Shown here piece after piece: positions 24,578 through 34,140 of a stretch of 35,904 nt of DNA (its first letter is position 1; each line of letters starts with the position of its first letter). The stretch is from NCBI GenBank assembly GCA_005888465.1, contig VAYJ01000004.1, forward strand, positions 2,524-38,427, read 5' to 3'. Below the pieces are notes generated by a model, which was given only the letters and a program-made list of their open reading frames with translations, was not told the DNA's origin and ran no database searches. The stretch comes from Actinomycetota bacterium (GTDB lineage Bacteria; Actinomycetota; UBA4738). The position numbers and the translations under genes are program-made.

Positions 24578-26865
24578 TGGCTATGGCTGATCGGATGCGC
24601 GTGGTTGGCAAGTCGCTCGCGCGTGTCGACGCGCCGGGCAAGGTCAGCGGCACCGCCATCTACGCGGCGGACTTCGCGCTGCCTGGGATGCTCTGCGGCA
24701 AGGTGCTGCGCAGCACGCTGCCGCACGCCCGGATTACCCGTCTCGACGTCACGCGTGCCGCCGCGCTGCCCGGCGTGCGTGCCGTCATTACCGCTGCCGA
24801 TGTCCCCGACGTGCGCTACGGAGGCGGGCTCAAGGACGAGACGGCCTTCGCGAAGGACAAGGTGCGTTACATGGGCCAGCCCGTGGCGGCGGTCGCGGCG
24901 GCGACTCCCGAGGCGGCAGAGGCGGCCCTCGCCGCCATCGACGTGGTCTACGAGCCGCTCCCCGCGGTGCTGGACCTCGAGGCAGCCCTGGCGCCGGGGG
25001 CCCCGCTGATCCACGAGGCATGGGAGAGCTACACCGCGATTCCGATCCTCCACCGCGAGGGCAATGTCTGCAATCGCGCGCGGATCGTCGCGGGTGACGT
25101 GGAGCGCGGCTTCGAGGAGGCCGATCGTGTCTTCGAGCACCGTTTCCGCACCGGGATGGTCCATCAGGGCTATACGGAGCCTCGCGCGGCGGTGGCGTCG
25201 TGGGACAGTTCCGGACAGGTCACCGTCTGGTCGAACACCCAGCTCCCGTTCGAGGTTCAGAACACCCTCGCCGAGATCCTGCAGATGCCGCCCTCGAAGA
25301 TCCGGGTGGTGGTGCCGGGCGTTGGAGGCGGATTCGGCGGCAAGCTCAGGGTCGGCGTCGAGCACTTCGCCGCCTTTCTCGCAAGGAAGAGCGGGCGGCC
25401 GGTGAGGGTCGCGACGACGAGCGAGGAGGAGTTGACGGCCGCCTACCCGCGGCAGGGCTCCATCGTGGAGCTCAAGACCGGTGTCACGAAGGACGGGCGC
25501 ATCACCGCCAAGGCGGGTCGGATCTGGCTTGACACCGGCGCCTTTGCGGGATCGGGTCCGGGCGTCGCGTCGGTCGCCACCCTCGTTCTCGCCGGTCCCT
25601 ACAAGATTCCCAACCTCTACCTCGAGGGGTTCGCCGTCTACACCAACAAGACGAACTGCGGGTCGTTCCGGGCCCCGTCAGGCCCGCAGGCGAACTTCGC
25701 CGTCGAGTCGCAGATGGACATTATCGCCGACGCGCTTGACCTCGATCCTCTGGAGTTCCGGCTGAGGAACATCGTCCGCGAGGGCGACGAGGGCCCGACG
25801 GGACAGGTGCTCAACGGCGTCGGGCTTGAGGAGTGCCTCTTGAAGGCGACCGCGGCCATCGGCTGGAAGGACCGCCGGCCCGGGCCAGGCCGGGGTAAGG
25901 GCCTCGCCTGCGGCTGGTGGACGACGACGGGCGGCTCCTCCGGCGTCTACGTGAAGATCAACCCGGATGGAACAGTGGCGCTCAATACGGGTGCCGCGGA
26001 GATCGGCACCGCCGCCATCACCGGCGCCGCCCAGGTCCTTGCCGAGGAGCTGGGCATCGACCTCACGGACATCAGCGTGGTGGCGGCAGACACCTTCTCG
26101 ACGCCGTTCGACTTCGGGGCCCAGGGCAGCCGCACGGCCTTCGCCGTAGGCAATGCTTGTCTGGCCGCCGCGGCCGATCTCAAGCGCCAGATCTTCGCCC
26201 TCGCCGCCGGCCAGCTCGGCGTGGAACCGGATGCCCTCACGCTCGCCGACAAACACGTCGCCGCAGACGGCAAGCGGCTCTCGCTCGCGGACGTCGCGCG
26301 GCTGTCACAGCAGACGGGCGGCGGCCTCATCGCCCACGGCACGTTCATCGCGCCACCCACGCCGTACGACACCAAGCGGGTCGAGGGACATGTCTACCCG
26401 GCCTTCCACTCGCCGAGCTTCCATGCTCATGCGGTGGACCTCTCGGTGGACCCGCAGACGGGCGAAGTCACCATCCACAAGTACGTGGTTGCCCAGGACG
26501 TGGGCTTCGCCATAAACCCCACCTACATTGAGGGGCAGATCGAGGGCGGCGTGGCCCAAGGCCTGGGGCAGACGCTCTCGGAAGAGATCATCTACGAGGG
26601 CGGGCGAGTCCTGAACCCGAATCTCACCGACTACAAGATGCCAACCACGCTCGACGTGCCGCGCGTCGAATCGATCCTGGTCCAGCACCCCAGCCTGGTT
26701 GGGCCCCACGGTGCCAAAGGTGTGGGAGAGCCGCCCAACATCGAGCCGCCGGCGGCGGTGGCCAACGCGGTAGCCGCGGCGACGGGAGTGCGCATCACGT
26801 CCCTGCCCATCACCGCGGAGAAGATCGCGCTGGGCCTTGTGGATGCCAGAGCGGGAGGAGCCTGA
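24577..26865 (+). CDS. Mo-hydroxylase molybdopterin-binding large subunit
   Basis: QGYTEP, GGGFGGK, FRAPSGPQ, QGSRT, EGQIEGG, DYKMPT, KGVGE. Start is 24574, 24577 or 24583. Confidence 0.94.
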   Translation: MAMADRMRVVGKSLARVDAPGKVSGTAIYAADFALPGMLCGKVLRSTLPHARITRLDVTRAAALPGVRAVITAADVPDVRYGGGLKDETAFAKDKVRYMGQPVAAVAAATPEAAEAALAAIDVVYEPLPAVLDLEAALAPGAPLIHEAWESYTAIPILHREGNVCNRARIVAGDVERGFEEADRVFEHRFRTGMVHQGYTEPRAAVASWDSSGQVTVWSNTQLPFEVQNTLAEILQMPPSKIRVVVPGVGGGFGGKLRVGVEHFAAFLARKSGRPVRVATTSEEELTAAYPRQGSIVELKTGVTKDGRITAKAGRIWLDTGAFAGSGPGVASVATLVLAGPYKIPNLYLEGFAVYTNKTNCGSFRAPSGPQANFAVESQMDIIADALDLDPLEFRLRNIVREGDEGPTGQVLNGVGLEECLLKATAAIGWKDRRPGPGRGKGLACGWWTTTGGSSGVYVKINPDGTVALNTGAAEIGTAAITGAAQVLAEELGIDLTDISVVAADTFSTPFDFGAQGSRTAFAVGNACLAAAADLKRQIFALAAGQLGVEPDALTLADKHVAADGKRLSLADVARLSQQTGGGLIAHGTFIAPPTPYDTKRVEGHVYPAFHSPSFHAHAVDLSVDPQTGEVTIHKYVVAQDVGFAINPTYIEGQIEGGVAQGLGQTLSEEIIYEGGRVLNPNLTDYKMPTTLDVPRVESILVQHPSLVGPHGAKGVGEPPNIEPPAAVANAVAAATGVRITSLPITAEKIALGLVDARAGGA

Positions 26866-26968
26866 GCGCGCATGGCCGGCGAAGCCTCCGTCGAGCTGCG
26901 GAGCCTCCGGAAGGGGTACGTTACCCTGCTGCCATCCGCGTTCCCATGAGCTGAGAGGAAAGGCCGTC

Positions 26969-28003
26969 ATGGCGCTCCGCACAGGACTCCTCATGCTGCC
27001 GGCGTACGAGCCGGCCCGGCTGGCCGCGCTGGCTGCGTTGGCCGAAGATACGGGCTACGACGATTTCTGGCTCGCGGACGAGCGCTTCTTCCGCGAGGTC
27101 TACGGGTGCCTGACGCTCTGCGCGCTGCGCACGCGCCGCATCCGGCTCGGCCCCTGCGTGACCGACCCGTACTCGCGACACCCCGCCCTCACGGCCATGG
27201 CCATCGCCACCCTCGACGAGATCTCGAACCATCGCGCCGTGCTCGGGCTCGGCGCCGGCGTGAGCGGCTTCCGCGAGCTGGGCGTGGACGCCAGCCGGTC
27301 GGCCGTGGCCCTCCGCGAGGCGGTGGAGCTGATCCGCCGGCTCCTCGCCGGGGAAACGGTGACGGTGAAAGGTTCCGAGATCAGCTTCACGGGTGGCCGT
27401 CTCGACTTCGCTCCGCCCCGCCCCGACCTGCCCATCTACGTCGCTTCGCAGCGGGCGGGGGGATGCCGGGTGGCGGGCCGGGTGGCGGACGGCGCCATCA
27501 TGCAGGGCGCGCTGTCGGACCCGCTCGTGCGGTTCCTCCGCGAGACCGTCCACGACGCTGCCCGGCAGGCAGGGCGCGACCCGGCTCGCGTCGCGCTGGT
27601 GGCGCGGCTCAACGTCTGCGTCGCCGACGACCGGACGGCCGCCCGCAATGTCATGCGCCCGACCATCGTGCGGAGCCTGAGTGCGCAGCGGCCCGACTTC
27701 TTTACCTTCGCGACGGCGGGGCTCACGCTGCCCGCCGGGCTTCGGGAGAAGGTGCTGGCGCTGCCCTATACGCACGACCCCGCGCCGCTTCGCGCGGTGG
27801 CTCCCGAGGTGCCCGATGAGTTCGTCGACGCGGTGACGCTGACGGGACCGCCCGACGCGATCGCCCCCGAGGTGGTCCGCCTCGCCCGCAGCGGCATCGC
27901 CGAGGTCATGGTGTACCCCCTCGCGCTGGATGGGCGGATCGAGACGACCATCGAGCGCTTCCAGAGCGAGGTCATGCCGCGGGTGCGGGCCGAGCTGCGA
28001 TGA
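26969..28003 (+). CDS. LLM-class flavin/F420-dependent oxidoreductase (Mer-like)
   Basis: FWLADE, RLGPCVTDPYSRHP, ATLDEIS..RAVLGLGAG, PIYVA, ADG. Start re-called at 26969. Confidence 0.9.
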   Translation: MALRTGLLMLPAYEPARLAALAALAEDTGYDDFWLADERFFREVYGCLTLCALRTRRIRLGPCVTDPYSRHPALTAMAIATLDEISNHRAVLGLGAGVSGFRELGVDASRSAVALREAVELIRRLLAGETVTVKGSEISFTGGRLDFAPPRPDLPIYVASQRAGGCRVAGRVADGAIMQGALSDPLVRFLRETVHDAARQAGRDPARVALVARLNVCVADDRTAARNVMRPTIVRSLSAQRPDFFTFATAGLTLPAGLREKVLALPYTHDPAPLRAVAPEVPDEFVDAVTLTGPPDAIAPEVVRLARSGIAEVMVYPLALDGRIETTIERFQSEVMPRVRAELR

Positions 28004-28230
28004 GCGTGACGGTGCACATGCACGGCAACCTCCGGCGGTTCCTGCCCGAGGGCCGGGACCGCACAGCGATGGAGGTGGCGCCGGCGACCACCATCGAGGC
28101 GCTCCTCACCGCGCTCGGGGCCGAGCGCGACACGTGGCTGGTCGCCGTGAACGGCGCCACCTGCGAGAAGGACCGTGTCCTGCAGGAAGGCGACCTGCTG
28201 GACTGTTTCGAACCCGTCGCCGGCGGATGA
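28000..28230 (+). CDS. MoaD/ThiS-family ubiquitin-like sulfur carrier
   Basis: 76 aa with VAVNG, LQEGD and a C-terminal PVAGG diglycine; ATGA overlap with the LLM gene. Confidence 0.88.
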   Translation: MSVTVHMHGNLRRFLPEGRDRTAMEVAPATTIEALLTALGAERDTWLVAVNGATCEKDRVLQEGDLLDCFEPVAGG

Positions 28231-28241
28231 GGGAGCGTGCG

Positions 28242-28565
28242 ATGAAAGTGCGGTATGTGATCACGACGCTGAAGAAGGGGGTTGACCCCGCCGCCTATGA
28301 GAAGTGGCTGCGCGAGTACGACTACAAGGTGGCGAAGACGCTGCCCAGCATCGTCAGCTACACGACGCACCGGATCGAGGGACCCATCAACGGGGCCGAG
28401 GACGCGGGCTGGCACTACATCGAGCGGATCGAGATTCGCGACGCCGAGCAGTACCAGAAGGACCTCGCCTCGCCGGCGGGGCAGGAGCTGATCCGCCAGC
28501 TCTACGAGAACTACCTAGAGCGGCCGAAGAATATCTTCTTCTGGACGGAGCCGATCGATGAGTAA
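28242..28565 (+). CDS. HapK/RedY-like (EthD-type dimeric alpha-beta barrel) protein
   Basis: LKKGVDPAAYEKWLREYDY...LPSIVSY..HRI...HYIERIEI pattern; GGGAG RBS before ATG 28242; strongly GC3-biased codons. Confidence 0.7.
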   Translation: MKVRYVITTLKKGVDPAAYEKWLREYDYKVAKTLPSIVSYTTHRIEGPINGAEDAGWHYIERIEIRDAEQYQKDLASPAGQELIRQLYENYLERPKNIFFWTEPIDE

Positions 28566-28590
28566 TCCCGAGGCACGGAGGAGGCCCAGC

Positions 28591-30213
28591 ATGAGCAGGC
28601 GGATGGATCGCCGGTCGTTCCTGAAGGTCACCGCGGGGGCGGCCGCGCTCGGCGGCGCCGCGTTCCCCCCGCGCCGGTCGGAGGCCCAGGACAAGCGCAC
28701 CCTCGTCGTCGCGTGGGATACCGACATCGACACCCTCGACCCCGCCCACTTCAAGGCCATCGGCGGCTACGTCACCGTCGCCAACTGCTACGACACGCTC
28801 ATCGGCTGGAAGGTCCGGCCCATCAAGGACAAGCCGGGGTTCTTCCGCTCCCAGCCCGCCGAGTGGGAGCCGATGATCGCCGAGTCCTGGTCGACGGAGC
28901 GGGACGGGGCCACCCTCGTCTTCAAGATCCGCAAGGGCGCGAAGTTCCCCAGCGGGCGGCCCGTCACCGCCCACGCCGCCAAGTACTGCTTCGATCGGGG
29001 CCTCCAGTCGCCCGGCTACATGCGCCTCGTCATCCCGAGCTTGATCCAGGTGGGCTCGCCCGACCAGTTCGAGGTGCGCGACGACTACACCTTCGCCATC
29101 AAGATGAACGCGCCGAGCCCGATGGCCCTGGACGTCGTCACCCTCTCGAACAACGCCATCATGGACCCCGAGGAGGTCAAGGCGCACGCCACCAAGGACG
29201 ACCCATGGGCAGGAGAGTGGATGAAGCGCAACGTGGCCGGCGTCGGCCCCTACCGCCTCGCCAAGAACGAGCCCGGCGTGGAGGTCGTGCTGGAGTCGAG
29301 CAAGGGATACTGGCGGCCGGAGCCGTACTTCCAGCGGATCGCCCTCAAGTTCGTGCCCAACGAGGTCGACCGGGTGCTCCTCCTCAAGAAGAAGGCGATC
29401 GACATGGTCGTGGGCCGCCCGGGGCTCTCGCCCAAGAACGTGAAGAGCCTGGAGGCCGAGCCCGGGCTCAAGGTCTTCCAGGTCCCCGACACCACCTGCC
29501 ACTGGCTCTGCATGAACGGCAGCAAGCCGCCCTTCGACAACGTGAAGGTGCGGCAGGCCGTGAACTACGCCATCCCCATCCAGGCCATCCTGCCCAACGT
29601 GCTCTACGGGTACGGGACGCAGATGAAGAGCCCGCTCCCGCACCTCACCCCGGGGTACAGCGGGACGCTCTCGCCGTACAAGTACGACATCGAGAAGGCG
29701 AAGCAGCTCATGAAAGAGGCGGGCGTGACGGGGCCGATCGCCGTCGACCTTGCCATCCGCGTGGGTTTCACCACCCACGAGGCGGCCTCGGTCTGGATCC
29801 AGCGCGAGCTGGAGAAGATCGGCTTCAAGGTCAACATCGTGCGCGAGACGGACGCCACCTTCCGCCAGGTGGCCATCAAGGGCGGCCACACGCTCTCGAT
29901 GGAGTCGTTCCAGTCCTGGGTGAACGACCCCTGGTACCACCTCGTGTTCAACTTCCACACCAAGTCGAAATTCACCAACGCCTCGCTCTACTCGAACCCG
30001 GTGCTCGACAAGCTGATCGACGAGAGCATGCACGAGACCAACCAGGAGAAACGCCTCGGCTCCGCCCTCGTCGCCCAGAAGATCCTCATCGACGACGCGG
30101 TGTGGGGCTTCCTCTGGTACGACAGCTGGACGCGGGTCATGAAGGCGGACTTGAGCGGCATCGAGAAGCGCTGGGACACCTTCGAGCGGTACTACGCGGC
30201 GAAGCGCACCTAG
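28591..30213 (+). CDS. ABC substrate-binding protein, family 5 (DppA/OppA-like), Tat-exported
   Basis: Twin-arginine DRRSFLK; TLDP, YDTL, GAKFPSG.PVTA, GVGPYRL, PFDNVKVRQAVNYAI. GGAGGAGG RBS before 28591 (alternative start 28558). Confidence 0.93.
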   Translation: MSRRMDRRSFLKVTAGAAALGGAAFPPRRSEAQDKRTLVVAWDTDIDTLDPAHFKAIGGYVTVANCYDTLIGWKVRPIKDKPGFFRSQPAEWEPMIAESWSTERDGATLVFKIRKGAKFPSGRPVTAHAAKYCFDRGLQSPGYMRLVIPSLIQVGSPDQFEVRDDYTFAIKMNAPSPMALDVVTLSNNAIMDPEEVKAHATKDDPWAGEWMKRNVAGVGPYRLAKNEPGVEVVLESSKGYWRPEPYFQRIALKFVPNEVDRVLLLKKKAIDMVVGRPGLSPKNVKSLEAEPGLKVFQVPDTTCHWLCMNGSKPPFDNVKVRQAVNYAIPIQAILPNVLYGYGTQMKSPLPHLTPGYSGTLSPYKYDIEKAKQLMKEAGVTGPIAVDLAIRVGFTTHEAASVWIQRELEKIGFKVNIVRETDATFRQVAIKGGHTLSMESFQSWVNDPWYHLVFNFHTKSKFTNASLYSNPVLDKLIDESMHETNQEKRLGSALVAQKILIDDAVWGFLWYDSWTRVMKADLSGIEKRWDTFERYYAAKRT

Positions 30214-30225
30214 ACGTGGGTGATT

Positions 30226-30255
30226 CCCGCCGGGTGGCCCGGGCCGCCCGGTGGG
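30226..30255 (+). other. GC-rich hairpin between the SBP gene and the first permease
   Basis: CCCGCCGGGTGGCC / GGCCGCCCGGTGGG with two G-U pairs and no U tail; likely mRNA-stabilising. Confidence 0.55.
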
Positions 30256-30264
30256 GCCTCGTAC

Positions 30265-31281
30265 ATGGGATTCGGCCGGTACGTCCTCCAGCGCCTGCTC
30301 CTCGTCATCCCGACGCTCTTCGGGGTGACGCTCATCGCGTTCACGCTGACCTATCTGTTGCCGGGCAACCCCGCCCTCGTCAAGGCAGGAGCGCTCGCCA
30401 CCCCCGAGCACGTGGCGGAGATCGAGCGCCGGATGGGGCTTGACCGACCCGTGCCAGTCCAGTACTGGCGCTATGTGACCGGCCTCCTCCGCGGCGACCT
30501 CGGCGAGAGCTCCTCGACCGGCCGCCCCGTGCTCGAGGACTTCCGGCAGCGCATCCCGGCCACCCTGGAGCTGACGCTGGCCAGCCTCATCGTCGCCGTG
30601 GCCATCGGCATCCCGTTCGGCGTACTGTCCGCCGTCCACCGCGACACCGTGCTCGACCACCTGAGCCGCCTCCTTGGCGTGGGAGGGGTGGCCATGCCGA
30701 GCTTCTGGACGGGCTTGCTCCTCCTCTACGTCTTCTTCTACCTGCTCGGGGTGGCACCGGCGCCCCTCGGCCGCATCGCCGCCGACGTCACGCCGCCCAC
30801 GCGGATCCTCGGTCTCTATGTGGTCGACGCGCTCCTCACCGCAAACGGGACGGCCCTCGTCTCGAGCCTCCACCACCTCATGCTGCCCGCCCTCACCCTC
30901 GGCTTCGCCGTCATGGCGCCCCTCACGCGCATGGTGCGGGCGACCATGCTGGAGATCCTCGAGTCCGACTACGTGACGGCGGCGTGGGCGGCGGGACTGC
31001 CTCGGCGCCGGGTCATCTACGGGGACGCCCTCCGCAACGCGCTCATCCCTGTCATCACGCTCCTCGGCGTCATCTTCGGCTTCCTCATGGCCGGCAACGT
31101 GGTGGTGGAGATGGTCTTCGCGTGGCCCGGGCTCGGCCACTACGCGGTCACCTCGCTGATGACAAAGGACCCAGGGCCCATCCAGTCCTTCGTGCTCTTC
31201 GTGGCCGTGATGTACGTCTTGGTCAATCTCGGCGTGGATCTGCTCTACGGCCTCGCCGACCCACGGATCCGGCTGCGCTGA
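30265..31281 (+). CDS. dppB: Dpp/Opp-type ABC permease B
   Basis: GLDRPVPVQY, GDLG.S, PATLEL, ALRNALIP, VEMVFAWPGLG, DPRIR. Confidence 0.92.
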   Translation: MGFGRYVLQRLLLVIPTLFGVTLIAFTLTYLLPGNPALVKAGALATPEHVAEIERRMGLDRPVPVQYWRYVTGLLRGDLGESSSTGRPVLEDFRQRIPATLELTLASLIVAVAIGIPFGVLSAVHRDTVLDHLSRLLGVGGVAMPSFWTGLLLLYVFFYLLGVAPAPLGRIAADVTPPTRILGLYVVDALLTANGTALVSSLHHLMLPALTLGFAVMAPLTRMVRATMLEILESDYVTAAWAAGLPRRRVIYGDALRNALIPVITLLGVIFGFLMAGNVVVEMVFAWPGLGHYAVTSLMTKDPGPIQSFVLFVAVMYVLVNLGVDLLYGLADPRIRLR

Positions 31282-32114
31282 TGCGCTGGCGCCGCCTCAC
31301 GCGAAACCGGCTGTCCTTCGGCGCCCTCTGCGTCATCCTCGCGGTCACGCTGACGTCGCTGCTCGCGCCGTGGGTGGCGCCCTACGACCCCGACAACCCG
31401 GACGCCGAGGCCACACTGGCGAGCGTGTCGATGCGCCATCCCCTCGGCACCGACGTCTACGGCCGCGACCAGCTGTCGCGCGTCATCCACGCCGGCCGGA
31501 TCGATCTCCTGGTCGCACTATGCGCCACGGCGATCGCGCTGACCCTCGGGTCGGCGCTGGGTGCGGGGGCGGGCTACCGTGGGGGCTGGGTGGACCAGCT
31601 CGTGATGCGCAGCGTGGACGCGATCATGGCGTTCCCCGCCTTCATCCTCGCCATGGCCATCACCGCCGCGCTCGGGAACAGCATCGCCAACGTGGTGGCC
31701 GCCATCGCCATCACCCATGTGCCGATCTACACGCGGCTCATCCGCGGGGAGATGCTGAGGGTGCGGGAGACGGAGTACGCGGAGGCCGCGCGCACGGTGG
31801 GCAACCGCCCGCACCAGATCGTGCTCTACCATCTCCTGCCCAACTGCGTCCCGCCGCTCGTCGTGCAGGCGACCCTGGCCATGGGCTTTGCCATCCTCAC
31901 CGTGGCCGCGCTGTCCTTCATCGGCCTCGGCATCCACCCCCCCCAGAGCGAGTGGGGGCAGATGACGGCGGAGGGCGCGGGCTACGTGGTCTCCGGCGAG
32001 TGGTGGCTCGTGCTCTTTCCCGGCTTCGCCATCATGCTGACCGTGCTCGCCTTCAACCTGGTGGGCGACACCCTGCGCGACCTCCTCGATCCGCGCATGC
32101 GGGGGGTGCGGTGA
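31281..32114 (+). CDS. dppC: Dpp/Opp-type ABC permease C
   Basis: HPLGTDVYGRDQLSR, EAARTVG, HLLPN, LSFIGLG..PP..EWG, LRDLLDPR. Confidence 0.92.
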   Translation: MRWRRLTRNRLSFGALCVILAVTLTSLLAPWVAPYDPDNPDAEATLASVSMRHPLGTDVYGRDQLSRVIHAGRIDLLVALCATAIALTLGSALGAGAGYRGGWVDQLVMRSVDAIMAFPAFILAMAITAALGNSIANVVAAIAITHVPIYTRLIRGEMLRVRETEYAEAARTVGNRPHQIVLYHLLPNCVPPLVVQATLAMGFAILTVAALSFIGLGIHPPQSEWGQMTAEGAGYVVSGEWWLVLFPGFAIMLTVLAFNLVGDTLRDLLDPRMRGVR

Positions 32115-33094
32115 CCGACCTGCTCGAGGTCCGCGATCTGACCGTCCACTTCGACACCGAGGCCGGGCTCGTGGAGGCCGTGGACGGCGTCACCTTCAAC
32201 GTGCGATCGGGGGAGATCCTGGGCGTGGTTGGGGAGTCCGGCTCCGGGAAGTCGGTGACAGCCCTCGCGCTCCTGCGGCTCATCCGGCCGCCGGGCCGCA
32301 TCGTACAGGGCGCCGTGCGGTTCGAGGGCACGGACCTTGTTGGGCTGTCGGAAGACGAGATGCGCGCGGTCCGTGGCACGCGGATCGCTATGGTCTTCCA
32401 AAGCCCCCGGACGGCGCTGAACCCCGTCCTCACCGTCGGCCGGCAGATCTCGCGCCTGTTCGAGCTGCACCAGGGCGCCTCGCGCGCTGAAGGGCGGACG
32501 CGCACCATCGGGATGCTGAAGCTGGTCGGGATCTCCGAGCCCGAGCGCCGCGCTCGGCAGTACGCCCATCAGCTCTCCGGTGGAATGTGTCAGCGCGTGA
32601 TGATCGCCATGGCCCTGGCCACCTCCCCGCGGCTCCTCCTCGCCGATGAGCCCACCACCGGCCTCGACGTCTCTATCGCCGCCCAGATCCTCGAACTCCT
32701 CCGCGACCTTGGCCGACGCACGGGTGCGTCGATCCTCCTCATCACCCACGATCTCGGCGTGGTGGCGGAGGTCTGCGACCGGGTGGCCGTGATGCATGCA
32801 GGCCAGATCGTGGAAGTCGGCGCCGTGAGAGCGATCTTCGCGCGCCCACTCCACCCCTACACGCAGGCGCTCGTCCGCTCGATCCCGCGGATCGACCGCG
32901 ACGTGACGATGGAGCCGATTCCCGGGATGGTGCCGTCGCTCCTCGCCCCGCCGCCCGGCTGCCGCTACGCCGACCGCTGCCCGCGCGTGCTCGACGTCTG
33001 CCGGCGTGACCGGCCGGCGCCGCGCGCGGCCGCCCCTGATCAGGAAGTCGCCTGCCACGCCGCCGAGGTCGAGGATGCCCCTGCTCGCGGTTGA
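32111..33094 (+). CDS. dppD: Dpp/Opp-type ABC ATPase D
   Basis: GESGSGKS, LSGGMCQR, LADEPTT, HPYT, C-terminal Cys cluster; GTG start at 32111. Confidence 0.93.
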   Translation: MTDLLEVRDLTVHFDTEAGLVEAVDGVTFNVRSGEILGVVGESGSGKSVTALALLRLIRPPGRIVQGAVRFEGTDLVGLSEDEMRAVRGTRIAMVFQSPRTALNPVLTVGRQISRLFELHQGASRAEGRTRTIGMLKLVGISEPERRARQYAHQLSGGMCQRVMIAMALATSPRLLLADEPTTGLDVSIAAQILELLRDLGRRTGASILLITHDLGVVAEVCDRVAVMHAGQIVEVGAVRAIFARPLHPYTQALVRSIPRIDRDVTMEPIPGMVPSLLAPPPGCRYADRCPRVLDVCRRDRPAPRAAAPDQEVACHAAEVEDAPARG

Positions 33095-34049
33095 GGGGCT
33101 GGTCAAGCACTTTCCGCTCGGGGGGCCGGGGGAGTGGCTCGACCGCGTGCGCGGCCACGCGCCCAAGGCGGTGCGTGCCGTGGACGGCGTCTCCTTCGCC
33201 GTCGAGCCGGGCGAGACGCTCGGCCTCGTCGGGGAGTCCGGCTGCGGCAAGTCCACCGTCGCCCGGTTGATCCTCCGTCTCGTCGACCCCACCGGCGGCC
33301 ACGTGCGCTTCGGCGATGTGAACCTCACCGCGCTCGCTGGCGAGCCGCTGCGCCGCCAGCGCCGAAATCTCCAGATGGTCTTCCAGGACCCGACCGCCTC
33401 GCTGAACCCGCGGCTCAGCGTCCGCCGCGCCGTGGAGGAGCCGTTGCGCCGTCACAGCACGCTGAGGGCGGCGGAGCGGCGCGAACGGGCGGCGCAGGTA
33501 CTGGCTCGCGTCGGGCTCGAGCGCGAGCTCCTCGACCGCTACCCGCACGAGCTCTCGGGGGGCCAGCGCCAGCGGGTGAATATCGCGCGCGCCATTGTCA
33601 CCGAGCCCCGTTTCGTCGTGCTGGACGAGCCGACCTCCTCGCTCGACGTGTCGCTCCGCGCGAAGGCGATCCTCCTCCTCGCCGAGCTGCGCGCCACGCT
33701 CGGCATGAGCTACCTGTTCATCTCGCACGACCTCGCCACCGTGAAGTACCTCGCCGGCCGCGTCGCCGTCATGTACCTGGGGACAATCGTGGAGGAGGCG
33801 TCCACGGCGGAGCTATTCCGGCAGCCGCGCCACCCATATACGAAAGCGCTTCTGTCGGCCGTCCCCGTCCCCGACCCCACGGTCCAGCGGGAACGCTTGG
33901 TGCTGAGGGGCGAGGTCCCAAGCCCCATCGACATCCCCGCCGGCTGCCGGCTGCGCGGGCGCTGCCCGCTCGCGCAGCCCGTCTGCGCCGAGCCCGTGAC
34001 CCTGCGCGAGGTGGCGCCGCGGCATCGCGTCGCCTGCCATCTCGCCTGA
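33075..34049 (+). CDS. dppF: Dpp/Opp-type ABC ATPase F
   Basis: GESGCGKS, QMVFQDP, LSGGQRQR, LDEPTS, HPYT, VACH. Confidence 0.93.
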   Translation: MPLLAVEGLVKHFPLGGPGEWLDRVRGHAPKAVRAVDGVSFAVEPGETLGLVGESGCGKSTVARLILRLVDPTGGHVRFGDVNLTALAGEPLRRQRRNLQMVFQDPTASLNPRLSVRRAVEEPLRRHSTLRAAERRERAAQVLARVGLERELLDRYPHELSGGQRQRVNIARAIVTEPRFVVLDEPTSSLDVSLRAKAILLLAELRATLGMSYLFISHDLATVKYLAGRVAVMYLGTIVEEASTAELFRQPRHPYTKALLSAVPVPDPTVQRERLVLRGEVPSPIDIPAGCRLRGRCPLAQPVCAEPVTLREVAPRHRVACHLA

Positions 34050-34140
34050 TCCGACAAAGGAGACCGATCGTATGGAAGAAGGGAAGAGCGATGCGGACGT
34101 CCCCCAGGCTAATCTCGCGAGGGGTGCCCGCCACGGACGC

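Noticed and set aside
23229-26865. 4-hydroxybenzoyl-CoA reductase
   Set aside because: The FAD subunit lacks the Cys-rich [4Fe-4S] insertion, and no CoA-ligase or benzoyl-CoA genes are present.
28387-31140. 917-aa minus-strand ORF and many other long overlapping ORFs (e.g. 17784-19190, 19242-20978, 28713-30443)
   Set aside because: Shadow frames of well-supported genes in high-GC DNA, with no recognisable motifs.
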